Below are positions 1 through 10,066 of a stretch of 56,288 nt of DNA, piece after piece. The position numbers and the translations under genes were made by a program. Under the pieces are notes generated by a model that saw only the letters and a list, made by a program, of their open reading frames with translations, had not been told where the DNA came from and ran no database searches. This stretch comes from an uncultured Treponema sp. (GTDB lineage Bacteria > Spirochaetota > Spirochaetia > Treponematales > Treponemataceae): the NCBI GenBank assembly GCA_964527175.1, contig CAZGQQ010000002.1, positions 1 to 56,288 on the forward strand, given 5' to 3'. Position 1 is the stretch's first letter. Each line of letters starts with the position of its first letter.

Positions 1-1130
1 AAGAAGGTGATTTTACTGATCGTATCAATGTGAACAGCAGCGACGAAATGGGTCGGTTGAGCAGAAATGTAAATGACTTTACCGACAATTTGAGCCGTGC
101 GATACACAAGATAAAAGAAACGAGCACGACAAATCTTGCGCTGAAAGACATGCTGCTTGGCAGTGTTCAGAAAGTATCTGATACCACTTCACTGGTCAAT
201 GATTCCATTGGTGCCATTTCCTCCGGAATGAGTGAGCTTGACGATACGGTTCAGACGAACGGTACGGTCGCGGAAACCATTGAAGAACATCTTGCACGGC
301 TTGATACTGTTCAGCAGGAACAGATTGCAATGGTGGAAGAAGCCAATGTGGCCATAACCGAGATGGTAACATCCGTGGCGAGTGTTACGGAAATCACGGA
401 AAAGAAAAAGTCGGCGCTCACCGGTCTGGTGCAGGTTTCCCGGGAAGGGGGAACAAAACTTGACGAGACAAATCGGGAAATTGAACGTATAAACAATGAT
501 ATTTCGGAAATACTCCGGGCGGCAGACCTTATTCAGGATATTGCGGACAGTACCAATCTCCTTGCGATGAATGCCTCCATTGAAGCGGCGCATGCGGGGT
601 CTGCCGGAAAGGGTTTTGCCGTTGTCGCAAATGAAATCAGAAAGCTTGCCGAGGCAACCGCCCAGAACTCGAATGTCATCAGCAAGATAATGGAAACCAT
701 TACTGCAAACATACGAAACGCGGTTAATGCCGGTACCAATACGAAGACGGTTTTCCAGAGTATCGAAAAGGAAGTTGTCGAAACAACGGAGTCGTTTGAC
801 GAAATTGCGCGAAGCATGGTCGAACTTCGTACCGGAGGAACACAGATATTCGATTTGATGGCACGGCTCAATGACTTTTCAAAGGATCTTGATACCCTCA
901 AGAAGGTCATGTGGGATGTTACCGGTGAGAACAAGCGCTCGATAGAACAGGTCGAACGGATTTCGGCTGCGACTGCCAGGAAGGTTCAGGAGATAATGCA
1001 GGCGTTATCAGGACTGACGAACGAGATGGATGCGGTCATGCAGGTAACCCGTCAGTCCGAGGATATTTCACGGGTGCTGGAAAACGAAACGGCAGTGTTC
1101 AGGATAACAGATTTCAGCGCGCCGGATTGA
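1..1130 (+). CDS. Methyl-accepting chemotaxis protein, C-terminal part (HAMP + signalling domain); 5' end lies outside the window
   Basis: The frame is open from position 3 (EGDFTDRINVNSSDEMGRL, HAMP-like). It carries the MCP hairpin signature TNLLAMNASIEAAHAGSAGKGFAVVANEIRKLAE. Confidence 0.93.
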   Translation, partial: EGDFTDRINVNSSDEMGRLSRNVNDFTDNLSRAIHKIKETSTTNLALKDMLLGSVQKVSDTTSLVNDSIGAISSGMSELDDTVQTNGTVAETIEEHLARLDTVQQEQIAMVEEANVAITEMVTSVASVTEITEKKKSALTGLVQVSREGGTKLDETNREIERINNDISEILRAADLIQDIADSTNLLAMNASIEAAHAGSAGKGFAVVANEIRKLAEATAQNSNVISKIMETITANIRNAVNAGTNTKTVFQSIEKEVVETTESFDEIARSMVELRTGGTQIFDLMARLNDFSKDLDTLKKVMWDVTGENKRSIEQVERISAATARKVQEIMQALSGLTNEMDAVMQVTRQSEDISRVLENETAVFRITDFSAPD

Positions 1131-1155
1131 CAGGTCTTTTTTCCCGCAATACAGT
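1127..1155 (+). promoter_or_regulatory. Sigma70-type promoter for the 1161 gene (predicted leaderless)
   Basis: TTGACA(1127-1132)-17 nt-TACAGT(1150-1155); ATG follows 5 nt later with no SD. Confidence 0.6.
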
Positions 1156-1160
1156 GATGT

Positions 1161-1544
1161 ATGCACATACAAATTCGCCTTCTTCTTTTTTTTCTCATGA
1201 CAGCGGGCATGGTTTCCGGAGTATGTATGGAATCTGATCAGAAAGTACCGTTGAAATACGGTGAGCGTACCACGCTGGGAAACGGTGTGTTCGTAACGTA
1301 CAGCTCGTTTGGTCACGAGCATGTGTCTTATGGTCCTGATGAACCGTTTGCAGCAACTGTTGCGATATACGGTATAACGCTTGATTCCGGAGCTGGCTCC
1401 GAAATGGTGTACCTGGCGCTGGATATCCGCGGGGAGAGTGCTCCGGAAACGGTAGCAACCGGCGGATATGTGTTTTGGGCTTCGCCCGAGTCTACTCAGG
1501 ACACTCTTGTTTTACGATGGCGCGCTGTGGAAAGTTGCCGGTAA
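1161..1544 (+). CDS. Hypothetical exported protein
   Basis: 127-aa ORF with an N-terminal signal-peptide-like segment (RLLLFFLMTAGMVSGVC) and its own promoter; no recognisable family. Confidence 0.6.
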   Translation: MHIQIRLLLFFLMTAGMVSGVCMESDQKVPLKYGERTTLGNGVFVTYSSFGHEHVSYGPDEPFAATVAIYGITLDSGAGSEMVYLALDIRGESAPETVATGGYVFWASPESTQDTLVLRWRAVESCR

Positions 1545-2824
1545 AGCAATACATCGTACACTGGCCGGGAATGTACCAGATCACAGGCAAGCTGGGCTAT
1601 AAGACAGACGACAACGAGACCGCCCAGATGCGAGAGGTTGCCGCTCATCTCCAGGATAAGGACGGTTCCGGTTACCGGTGCCCGTACAACGGCGGTAAAA
1701 AAGGCGGCCATTCCCAGAATGAGAAAGTTCACGATTTCAATTTCAGAAATGAACCCGGTGGAATAGAGCACCGTACCAAACATTGTTCCCAGTAATGCAC
1801 CGCACACGAGCAGGGGTAGAAAGATGCCTCCAGCGGTACCTGCGCCATAGGAGAGTCCGGAGAACGCGAGTTTGACGAAGAACAGGCTGGCGAGGAGCAG
1901 CAGGCTGTAACGAATGGTGGCGAGATGCTCCACCAGTTCGTGTCCGCCGCCAATTGTTTCCGCGAGAAAGAAGGCGAGCGGAACCGAGACGAGCAGGGGA
2001 AGTACCGGTCGGAGCGTAAACGGGATATGGAGTCTTGTATACAAGACTTGTGAAAAATACAGTGACCGTTTGAACAGATCTCCGCCCGCCGCGGCGATAA
2101 GACCGAGCAGAATGAGCCAGGGAAAATGGTTGAGCGCAAGCGGATTGATAGCGGGAAACGAAAAGCTTGGCCTCAATCCGAAAAACTGACTGGAGACAAA
2201 GTCTCCCATTGCAGAAGCTGCCATGGCGCACAGCAGCATGAGCGGCGAAAAATGTTTGTGGAGTTCCTCCAGCGCGAAAAGAACGCCGGCGAGCGGCGCA
2301 TTAAAAGCGGCAGAAAGCCCGGCGGCGGCTCCGCTGATCATGAGATACCGCAATTCCTTTGTTGACCTGTGGCCCAGCTTCGACATGGCTTTTCCGATAT
2401 ATCCTCCCATCTGTACCGAGGGGCCTTCGCGGCCGAGAGAAAGCCCCGCTCCGATTGAAAGAATGGCTGAAAGAAATTTGAGCGGGAGTTCGGAAAGCCA
2501 GCGGTGCGACATTTTTCCCATGAGTTCACCCTTGATCTGGGGAATGCCGCTGCCCTTGATCATTGGACGGATACGGGACAGGAATCCCAGAAAAATACCC
2601 AGCCCCACAAGAGAAAAGATCCATACCAGTGTCCATACCGGGGATGCTTCAGGAAGAACGGTATACAGCAGTATACGGAGATGTTCACTGTATCCCAGCG
2701 CAATTCTGAATCCGAGAACGACCAGACCGGTACATATACCGATAAGCACACTCTGAAAAATCAATCCAAAACGCGTATGCCACAGGACCTTGATCAGGGG
2801 CAGGGAAATTCGATATGAGCTCAT
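1496..2824 (-). CDS. clcA: ClC family H+/Cl- exchange transporter
   Basis: Motifs GSGIP, GREGP (gating Glu), AAFNAPLAG..FALEE (proton Glu), GGIFLP and C-terminal PVY. Confidence 0.93.
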   Translation of the reverse strand: MSSYRISLPLIKVLWHTRFGLIFQSVLIGICTGLVVLGFRIALGYSEHLRILLYTVLPEASPVWTLVWIFSLVGLGIFLGFLSRIRPMIKGSGIPQIKGELMGKMSHRWLSELPLKFLSAILSIGAGLSLGREGPSVQMGGYIGKAMSKLGHRSTKELRYLMISGAAAGLSAAFNAPLAGVLFALEELHKHFSPLMLLCAMAASAMGDFVSSQFFGLRPSFSFPAINPLALNHFPWLILLGLIAAAGGDLFKRSLYFSQVLYTRLHIPFTLRPVLPLLVSVPLAFFLAETIGGGHELVEHLATIRYSLLLLASLFFVKLAFSGLSYGAGTAGGIFLPLLVCGALLGTMFGTVLYSTGFISEIEIVNFLILGMAAFFTAVVRAPVTGTVLILEMSGNLSHLGGLVVVCLIAQLACDLVHSRPVYDVLLYRQLSTARHRKTRVS

Positions 2825-2899
2825 GTCTTCAGTATAGAAAATTCTGCAGGAAATAGGAAGATCCGTGATATACTGATCCCGTGAAGGAGATTGAGATAG

Positions 2900-3589
2900 A
2901 TGAATAACAGAATCATGTCTGTACTATTGTTTTGTATTGGTCTCGCATCTGCCGTGGTATTTATTGTTTGCAGACACACCCTTCCGTTATATGTAACGGT
3001 AATTCTGAAAATGATTCCTACCCTCATGATGGCGCTCTGGCTGCTTGTCCAAAAAATTGACAAGGCAAATGTGATGGTCTTTGTCGGCTTGTTGCTGGCA
3101 ATGGTTGGAGACCTTTTCATGGAGCTGCCGGGAGAAACGTTCCTCATGATCGGCATTGTGGTAAATACCCTGGCAATTATTTCATTCACGCTGTACTTCT
3201 ACTTCTCTGACCGGAGCGGCGACTGGGTACGGCTCATTCCCGTAGTCATTGTCATGGGGGTGTTTTACATCATTCTCTTTGATTATCTTGCCGAGCTCAG
3301 GATTCCGGTACTCGTATACTGTATCATCCATACACTGTTTCTGTGGCGTTCTTCCGCCCGTTTTGGAGAAGCACACATCAGTCCCACGGCGCAGTATGTG
3401 TGTTTTATCGGCTGTGTTTCGGTAACCATCAGCGACTTTTTGCTCAGCCTGACCATATTCGGTGTACTTCCGGACAAGGAGCTGTATGCCGTTGCGGACA
3501 TGATACTGTGGTGGGGAGGGCTCTTCATGCTCATGATTACCGCGGAAATCAGGCGGGTTATCATTCAGAGGAAACTGCAGCAGGTATAA
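2900..3589 (+). CDS. YhhN / lysoplasmalogenase-family membrane protein
   Basis: Multi-TM protein with LKMIP, GLLLAMVGDLFM, PVLVYC and SDFLL motifs typical of YhhN; SD AAGGAG upstream. Confidence 0.75.
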   Translation: MNNRIMSVLLFCIGLASAVVFIVCRHTLPLYVTVILKMIPTLMMALWLLVQKIDKANVMVFVGLLLAMVGDLFMELPGETFLMIGIVVNTLAIISFTLYFYFSDRSGDWVRLIPVVIVMGVFYIILFDYLAELRIPVLVYCIIHTLFLWRSSARFGEAHISPTAQYVCFIGCVSVTISDFLLSLTIFGVLPDKELYAVADMILWWGGLFMLMITAEIRRVIIQRKLQQV

Positions 3590-3611
3590 GCGACGGTACT
3601 GTCGTAGAGCG

Positions 3612-3642
3612 AAAGCCGCCCCGTCCGGGGTGGCTTTTTTTT
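3612..3642 (+). terminator. Rho-independent terminator after the YhhN-family gene
   Basis: AAAGCCGCCCC-GTCC-GGGGTGGCTTT hairpin followed by a T-tract. Confidence 0.85.
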
Positions 3643-3692
3643 ATGGCGGAGATACACGTGGGGACATATCAGAATAACGGGCAGGATCCCGG

Positions 3693-3875
3693 TTACCGGA
3701 CGCGGTCCCGGTACAGGTTTTCTATGGAACGGTCGTACGTTTTCTCACCCTCTTTCGAGAAAAAGCATCCGGGAACCTCGCCGCTTTTCCGGTGGTAGGC
3801 AACGCATTCGCAGCATTTGCCGTGCCGGGAGCAGGGGTAGGTGCAGGTGCATTCGGTTTTTGAATCACAGGACAT
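3693..3875 (-). CDS. Small cysteine-rich protein (DUF6485-like)
   Basis: 60 aa with [29 protein letters not shown]; SD GGAGG upstream. Confidence 0.75.
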   Translation of the reverse strand: MSCDSKTECTCTYPCSRHGKCCECVAYHRKSGEVPGCFFSKEGEKTYDRSIENLYRDRVR

Positions 3876-3995
3876 GGATGTACCTCCGGTTTCGGGTACA
3901 GGGTAACGCTCTCCATTTTTGCTGTCAAGTACAGCGGATTCCCGACAATTTTGCCAGCAGTTGCCATACGGCTCAAAAACCGCGATAATGGCACC

Positions 3996-4604
3996 ATGTT
4001 CAACAGCATTTCCGGCACGATTACGGCAAAATTGCCCAATACACTGTATATCGATAACTCCGGTATCGAATGGGATATCATGGTTCCTTCCCGCTCCCTG
4101 GATTCATTCGGTCTTGTGGGAGAAACCGCGCGTGTGTATGTGTGGCTGTATCACCGGGAAGATCAGATGCGTCTTTTCGGCTTTCCGGGTCCGGAAGAGC
4201 GTGATGTTTTTCTCGAATTGACGAAGGTCGAGGGTATCGGGCCGAAGCAGGCAATACGGATCCTTTCAAGCATTGGCCCGGACGATCTCGAAGCGGCTCT
4301 TGAAGGAGAAGACGTTGCGCGTCTTTCCGCGGCGCCGGGAATCGGGAAAAAAACCGCGCAAAAAATGATACTCACGCTCAAGGGAAAACTCGCACATGAC
4401 CGCGGCGAAGCGCAGGCTCAGACAGAGGGCGAGCACGCGGACATTATCGGTGCTCTGGCGGACATGGGCTTTGACCGCAAGGCTGCTGCCACCCGGGTAG
4501 CCGCCATTGCCGCCGAGCTTGCTGCAGGTTCCGGCAAGACGCTCAACCGCACGGAACGGGAACAGGAAATTTTCCGGCGTGCCATTGTCGATATGAGTTC
4601 GTAG
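3996..4604 (+). CDS. ruvA: Holliday junction branch migration protein RuvA
   Basis: MFNSISG start, [11 protein letters not shown], HhH motifs VEGIGPK and [17 protein letters not shown]; directly upstream of ruvB. Confidence 0.96.
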   Translation: MFNSISGTITAKLPNTLYIDNSGIEWDIMVPSRSLDSFGLVGETARVYVWLYHREDQMRLFGFPGPEERDVFLELTKVEGIGPKQAIRILSSIGPDDLEAALEGEDVARLSAAPGIGKKTAQKMILTLKGKLAHDRGEAQAQTEGEHADIIGALADMGFDRKAAATRVAAIAAELAAGSGKTLNRTEREQEIFRRAIVDMSS

Positions 4605-4610
4605 GAGTGG

Positions 4611-5651
4611 GTGATGAAGTCAGATACGAGTCCGGTCCGTCCGGAGGAATTGCCCGGCGACGAGCCGGACCGGGCCTTGCGGCCGCGGAATCTTGAGTCC
4701 TTCCTGGGACAGGAACAGATAAAGTCAAACCTCTCCGTTTTCATTACCGCGGCACGTGATCGTGGTGAAAGTCTTGATCATCTTTTTTTGATCGGTCCGC
4801 CCGGACTCGGAAAGACGACGCTCGCGCAGATTACCGCCAATGAACTTGGCGTTGACTTCAAGGTAACGAGCGCACCGGCTCTGGAGAAACCCAAGGACCT
4901 TGCGGGTATTCTTACAACGGTAACCGAACGTACCGTTTTTTTTATCGACGAGATTCACCGGTTAAAACCGGCAATTGAAGAAATGCTGTATATCGCAATG
5001 GAAGATTATGAGCTCGACTGGATTATCGGACAGGGGCCGAGCGCCCGAACCGTCCGTATCCCGGTTCCTCCGTTTACCCTCATTGGGGCAACGACACGCG
5101 CCGGTATGGTTTCAAGCCCGCTCATAAGCCGGTTCGGTATTGTTCACCGGTTCGCGTTTTACACCGAAGAGGAGCTTTCGGCGATTATCCGCCGTTCGGC
5201 GGACATTCTTGGTGTGAACATCACAAGCGATGCGGCTCTCCATCTGGCGCGCTGTTCACGCGGAACACCCCGTGTCGCAAACCGTCTGCTCCGCCGCATG
5301 CGCGATTTTGCCCAGGTACTCGGGAATGGAGTCATTACCGACGAGGTTGTGGCGGCGGGCCTTGCGAAACTTGAAATCGATATCCTCGGTCTTGAACGCT
5401 ATGACCGGGAAATCCTTTCTTCCATCATATCCAATTTCGGCGGTGGCCCGGTTGGCGCGGAAACGCTCGCCATTTCGGTGGGCGAGGCCATGGATACGCT
5501 CGAAGACTATTATGAACCCTATCTCATTCAGGCCGGTCTTTTACAGCGTACGCCCCGCGGACGCATGGTGACCGGCCGTGCCTATACCCATCTCGGACTT
5601 GTGCCCAAACTGACGGACGGTACCAATGCAGACCAGCGACTTCCATTTTGA
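4611..5651 (+). CDS. ruvB: Holliday junction branch migration ATPase RuvB
   Basis: LRP, Walker [36 protein letters not shown] and RTPRGR. Confidence 0.98.
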   Translation: MMKSDTSPVRPEELPGDEPDRALRPRNLESFLGQEQIKSNLSVFITAARDRGESLDHLFLIGPPGLGKTTLAQITANELGVDFKVTSAPALEKPKDLAGILTTVTERTVFFIDEIHRLKPAIEEMLYIAMEDYELDWIIGQGPSARTVRIPVPPFTLIGATTRAGMVSSPLISRFGIVHRFAFYTEEELSAIIRRSADILGVNITSDAALHLARCSRGTPRVANRLLRRMRDFAQVLGNGVITDEVVAAGLAKLEIDILGLERYDREILSSIISNFGGGPVGAETLAISVGEAMDTLEDYYEPYLIQAGLLQRTPRGRMVTGRAYTHLGLVPKLTDGTNADQRLPF

Positions 5652-6684
5652 TCTTCCCGAGCATCTGATTGCGCAGGTTCCGGCGCCAAATCGCGGTGCT
5701 GACCGCCTGCTCGTGCTTGACCGTACAACCGGCGCGCTTGAAGACCGGGATTTCTCCGAATTTCCCGCACTGGTTGAACAAGGAACCCTGCTTGTATTCA
5801 ACGATTCCCGCGTCAGGCGCGCCAGGGTATATGCCGAGGTTGCAGCGACCGGGAGCCAGGTCGAGTTTTTACTCATCAATCAGGTCACGATTCCGGGATG
5901 CCACGCAGGAACGGTATGGAAGGTTATGGCCAAAAACGCAAAGCGGCAGAAACCGGGGCGTGAGTACCGGTTTCCCGAGGGACTTTCGGCGAGTATTGTG
6001 GAGGATACGGAGGGTCTTGCCTCAGGAGAGTTCCGCCTTCTCAAGTTCTCTGCTCCCGTGGATGACACCTGGCTTGACCGCTTTGGCCACATACCGCTTC
6101 CCCCATACATTCACCGCGACGATGAAGCGATGGACGCTGATCGTTACCAGACGGTATACGCAAAAAACACCGGTTCTGTCGCGGCTCCAACCGCCGGACT
6201 TCATTTTACTCCAGACATTCTTGATGACCTTGACAGGCGCGGTATTGAGCGGACAAGCATTACACTCCATGTGGGGCTTGGAACCTTTTTGCCGGTGCGT
6301 ACGGAGAATCTGGAAGAACACACCATGCACGAGGAACGGTTCATCATTAGCGAAGAAACCGCACGAAAAGTTGAAGCGGCAAAAAAAGACGGCCGGCCGA
6401 TTCTGGCTGTGGGAACCACCAGTGTGCGTACGCTTGAATCGGCCTGGGACCGTGCGGAACAGCGGCTTCGAACCGGTGAGCAAGCGACCGACATTTTCAT
6501 CTATCCCGGATACACATTTTCGGTGGTTAACCGGCTTTTCACTAATTTTCACACACCGGAGTCAACACTCGTCATGCTTGTTTCGGCCTTTGCCGGGAAA
6601 GAAGCGATCTTCAATGCGTATCGCCATGCGGTGGAAAAGGAATACCGGTTCTTCTCATACGGAGATTCCATGCTTATCAGGTAA
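5626..6684 (+). CDS. queA: S-adenosylmethionine:tRNA ribosyltransferase-isomerase
   Basis: [47 protein letters not shown] and YRFFSYGD. Confidence 0.98.
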   Translation: MQTSDFHFDLPEHLIAQVPAPNRGADRLLVLDRTTGALEDRDFSEFPALVEQGTLLVFNDSRVRRARVYAEVAATGSQVEFLLINQVTIPGCHAGTVWKVMAKNAKRQKPGREYRFPEGLSASIVEDTEGLASGEFRLLKFSAPVDDTWLDRFGHIPLPPYIHRDDEAMDADRYQTVYAKNTGSVAAPTAGLHFTPDILDDLDRRGIERTSITLHVGLGTFLPVRTENLEEHTMHEERFIISEETARKVEAAKKDGRPILAVGTTSVRTLESAWDRAEQRLRTGEQATDIFIYPGYTFSVVNRLFTNFHTPESTLVMLVSAFAGKEAIFNAYRHAVEKEYRFFSYGDSMLIR

Positions 6685-7516
6685 GCATGCGCAGTGAGTG
6701 TTCAAGAAAATTGAGAAAACAGGCACGATTATAGGATTCCGGAAAGAGGAGCTGGTCAAAGAAAAGTTCAGACTTGTCCATGAGATTGATCATGTCTTTT
6801 TCGGACAGGGGAAGCGTCCGTCCTATTATCAGGTTTTCAAATTCCCGCTTTCTGAAAAAGAACTTTCCCGCCCAGGCAATCCGTATATCAGTAAGGATCT
6901 TTTTTTGTGTTTTTACCAAAAAAACGAAGGATGCGGTATTTTCACTTATCAGTGAAGGCCGGCCGGTACGGTGATACTGCGCAATATCCCATTGTTCAAC
7001 CGGAACCCGTATACGGCACAGGCATTCGGGTATTTTGGGCTGCTCTTTTCCGGTGTTGGAAAAAAAACGGCTCATGGGAATCCAGTACGTGTCCATGGCG
7101 GTTTTTATTTCCAGCCGTGCATCAAGAGCCAGTAGCGGTGCAAATGCGGACAGCCGGTGACCCTTTGCGGAAATATTTCCACCAAGGGTAGCCAGAGTAC
7201 GCACTGCCGGATTCGCAATGCCTGAAACTGCGGCATACAGAACATCGGGTACATTTTTTCTGCCGAGTTCCAGTATTTTGGACAGGGTTACGCAGGAACC
7301 AAAATCGATATAGCGTTCAGTTTTGGTTACCGAGCACAAGTCGGGAATACCCGCGATTGAAAGAACATGGGTAGGGAGGCTGAGTGAGCGGCCGGTTTGA
7401 CGGCGGGCGATTTCCGTACAACCTGCAGTAACGGATATCCCGGAAATATTGCGCAAGAGGGTTTGTATTTCGGTAATGGAATTGGCACGGTATACGGTAG
7501 TAGTTTTATTTAGCAT
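6677..7516 (-). CDS. FAD-binding (medium) subunit of a xanthine dehydrogenase/CoxM-like complex
   Basis: PCMH-type FAD motifs: TAGCTE (AGGT-like), IDFGSCVTL, AVRTLATLGGNI and PLLALDA. Confidence 0.85.
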   Translation of the reverse strand: MLNKTTTVYRANSITEIQTLLRNISGISVTAGCTEIARRQTGRSLSLPTHVLSIAGIPDLCSVTKTERYIDFGSCVTLSKILELGRKNVPDVLYAAVSGIANPAVRTLATLGGNISAKGHRLSAFAPLLALDARLEIKTAMDTYWIPMSRFFSNTGKEQPKIPECLCRIRVPVEQWDIAQYHRTGRPSLISENTASFVFLVKTQKKILTDIRIAWAGKFFFRKREFENLIIGRTLPLSEKDMINLMDKSELFFDQLLFPESYNRACFLNFLEHSLRMLT

Positions 7517-7982
7517 GCCGCCTCCTGCGCCGTGCCGCGGCTTTTTTTACTCCGGCAACAAGATCTTCAATATCGGTACAACGACACATGTTGCCCGAGA
7601 ACATGGCGCGTATTTCATCATCAGAGGGACGCTGATTATGGCGGAGCAATGCATGGGTAATGAATATTTTGCCGGCATTGCAAAATCCGCACATGGAAAT
7701 ACCCGTCTCGTTGAAGGCATCAATGATGTCGCGATATTCTTCTGTTTTGCTGAAATGCTCCAGGGTGACAATGGTGTTGTTTTTTACCTGAAATACCGGA
7801 ATCATGCAGGAGGGAACCGGTTCATCGTTCATGAGTACCATGCAGGATCCGCAGCGTCCGGAAAAACAGCCTTCCCGTGCGGTAAAAAGGTTGAATCGTC
7901 TTCTCAGTATCTGAACAAGTCGCTCTCCGGGATTTGCGTCTATGTATACGAGATCTCCGTTGAGGACAAAGGGGACAATCAT
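7506..7982 (-). CDS. [2Fe-2S] (small) subunit, CoxS/XdhC-like
   Basis: GCFSGRCGSC...PSC and MCGFC...NMCRCT supply eight cluster cysteines. Confidence 0.92.
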   Translation of the reverse strand: MIVPFVLNGDLVYIDANPGERLVQILRRRFNLFTAREGCFSGRCGSCMVLMNDEPVPSCMIPVFQVKNNTIVTLEHFSKTEEYRDIIDAFNETGISMCGFCNAGKIFITHALLRHNQRPSDDEIRAMFSGNMCRCTDIEDLVAGVKKAAARRRRRHAK

Positions 7983-10066
7983 GTTTCATCCTCCTGGGGT
8001 CTGGTTTCTGCATAAATGTCTTCCGGTCGTACCGGTATGGAGGTCGCTCCCTTTCGGATAATCTGATACAGCGCAGCAGTAAATGCGGCAGGGAACAGAA
8101 GCTGTGGAACGGAACCTACACCGCGTGGGGCTTCGGAGGATTCCAGAAAATGAATTTCTACCGGAGGCATTTCTGATGGAGGAAGCATATCGTATTGAAC
8201 ACTGTCTCCGGGTGCAAAACGCCCGTCACGGATTACCAGGTATTCTGCAAGGGTTCTGGAACATGCCTGGGTGAAGCTTTTTCTGATAGTCGATCGTACG
8301 GCTCCTTCATCAAGGATTTTGCCGGCATCTATAGCAAACCAGGCTTTTCTGACGGACGGGGTCCAGGTCAGCGGGTCAAGCTCAATTTCTGCAACACACA
8401 CTGCCGGCGTTGTAGAAACATACGGTGTTCCCTGCAAAAGCGATGAGTCCCAGGATTCGTTTCGCGGAGGGCGATAACTTTTTTTGACTGTTATTGGCAG
8501 GGGATTCCTGAAGCGCTGTTTCTGCAGTGTGGTACAGCATTTCTCCACGAGCGGGAGAATAATGGTCAGCTTGTCTGACAAGGTCTGTGGACCGCCGGTT
8601 TTGAGGCTGTCTGTTGAGCTTTCGGAGAAATAAATGTTGTCCTGGTCCACTTCAAGAATCTCTGCCGCCCGTGCTATCGCTATCTTTTTCATTGAGCCGG
8701 ATGTAATTGCAGCGGAGAGGTGAACATCACCTTCAGTGTCCATGGTAACCGATGCGGTATAGGTGCTCGACGGAGGATTTTTCCCGGTAAAACCATTTCC
8801 CTGATAAGAACAGGATACGGCGATACCCCGCAGTGGCGGCTCTTTGAGTTCTTTTCTGTTCTTTTGCAACAGTTCATAGGCCGTGTGTTTCCGATAAAAA
8901 TCACTCGCGGTACATACCCGGTCAAAAAGTTCATCGTACCGTCTGCCCTGTTTGAGCTCCCCGCCGGTATGGGTTATGCGTCCCCGATCAAGAATAGTGC
9001 TTTTCTTCCATTCCACGGGAGGGAGATTTTTCGCGGTGATAAGACGGGCTATATGGTTTTCAAGTGCAAATGATACCTGTGATTCTCCCCATCCCGAAAA
9101 AGCGCCCATTGGCGGCAGATTGGTTCTGAGGGCATATGTCTCAATTCTGAATTCCGGACAATGATAGGGACCGATTGCCGCAATGGTCATGCGGTCAACA
9201 ATTTCATCTATGAGTGGACTATATGCACCGGCATTGATGAGGATTCTGACATTCATTGCTTTCAGGGCATTGTTTTCATCGAGGATGGTTCGATACCGGA
9301 TCCGAACCGGTGCCGATTTGACCGTAAAGAGAAAATCTTCCTGACGTGAGAAAACAAGTTTGACCGATTTTCGGGAGAGTACTGCTGCGAGAGCCGCTTG
9401 TGATGCAACCAGCGAGGGGAACCAGATCTTTCCGTCCAGATCTTCGCCAATGACCGTGGGTTTAACCCGTATTTCTGACGGGTCAAGATCGAGAACCGCT
9501 GATACCGAGTTTCGGACATGCTGCGGCCATTGTGTTGCACAGTAGATCTCGAGTTTTCCCGAGGAAATGGTAACCGCAGCACCCAGTGTTTCCGTATAAT
9601 AGTGATCCTGCGCCATGGTAATGCTTGTTGTTTCGAATACATTCCTTGATCTGTCCAGTTCAAGGTCGGGATCACCGGAGAAATGAATGCGTTTTGCAAT
9701 AACCTGCGATGCGGAAAAACTTTCGGCAAATACCGAGGGAGAAAGGAGTTCTGTTTCAACCAGAACTTCCGAAACCAGTTCCTGAACACGTTCGGGATCG
9801 GGCCCAACCAGAATACCGAGCGGTTCACCATAGTACTGTATCTCATAGGGAGTAAAAATGGGCACGGTTGTTCCGGATACCGTCAGACGGTTTTCACCGG
9901 GGATATCGGTCGCCGTATACAGACGGTATCCATCGGGCATGGGTGGCGGACGGATATCAACGAGGTATCCGTGCTGAACGGTGGAGCGCACCAGCATGGC
10001 GTATAACTGGTCGGGAAATTCGAGATCGCTGAAGTATTCCGGTTCCCGTACGTGCTTTCCGCTCAA
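7979..10066 (-). CDS. Xanthine dehydrogenase-family molybdopterin-binding-like large subunit with degenerate Moco/catalytic motifs
   Basis: N-terminal hammerhead (YFSDL..LYAMLVRS..HG, DIPGEN, YYGEPLG), ATQWP, GAYS and AIDAGKILD. TTG start overlaps the DegT stop. Confidence 0.85.
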   Translation of the reverse strand: MSGKHVREPEYFSDLEFPDQLYAMLVRSTVQHGYLVDIRPPPMPDGYRLYTATDIPGENRLTVSGTTVPIFTPYEIQYYGEPLGILVGPDPERVQELVSEVLVETELLSPSVFAESFSASQVIAKRIHFSGDPDLELDRSRNVFETTSITMAQDHYYTETLGAAVTISSGKLEIYCATQWPQHVRNSVSAVLDLDPSEIRVKPTVIGEDLDGKIWFPSLVASQAALAAVLSRKSVKLVFSRQEDFLFTVKSAPVRIRYRTILDENNALKAMNVRILINAGAYSPLIDEIVDRMTIAAIGPYHCPEFRIETYALRTNLPPMGAFSGWGESQVSFALENHIARLITAKNLPPVEWKKSTILDRGRITHTGGELKQGRRYDELFDRVCTASDFYRKHTAYELLQKNRKELKEPPLRGIAVSCSYQGNGFTGKNPPSSTYTASVTMDTEGDVHLSAAITSGSMKKIAIARAAEILEVDQDNIYFSESSTDSLKTGGPQTLSDKLTIILPLVEKCCTTLQKQRFRNPLPITVKKSYRPPRNESWDSSLLQGTPYVSTTPAVCVAEIELDPLTWTPSVRKAWFAIDAGKILDEGAVRSTIRKSFTQACSRTLAEYLVIRDGRFAPGDSVQYDMLPPSEMPPVEIHFLESSEAPRGVGSVPQLLFPAAFTAALYQIIRKGATSIPVRPEDIYAETRPQEDET

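Noticed and set aside
5669-6697. 342-aa alternative-frame ORF overlapping queA
   Set aside because: It lies almost entirely over a clear queA, has no recognisable motifs and has Arg/Pro/Ser-rich shadow-frame composition.
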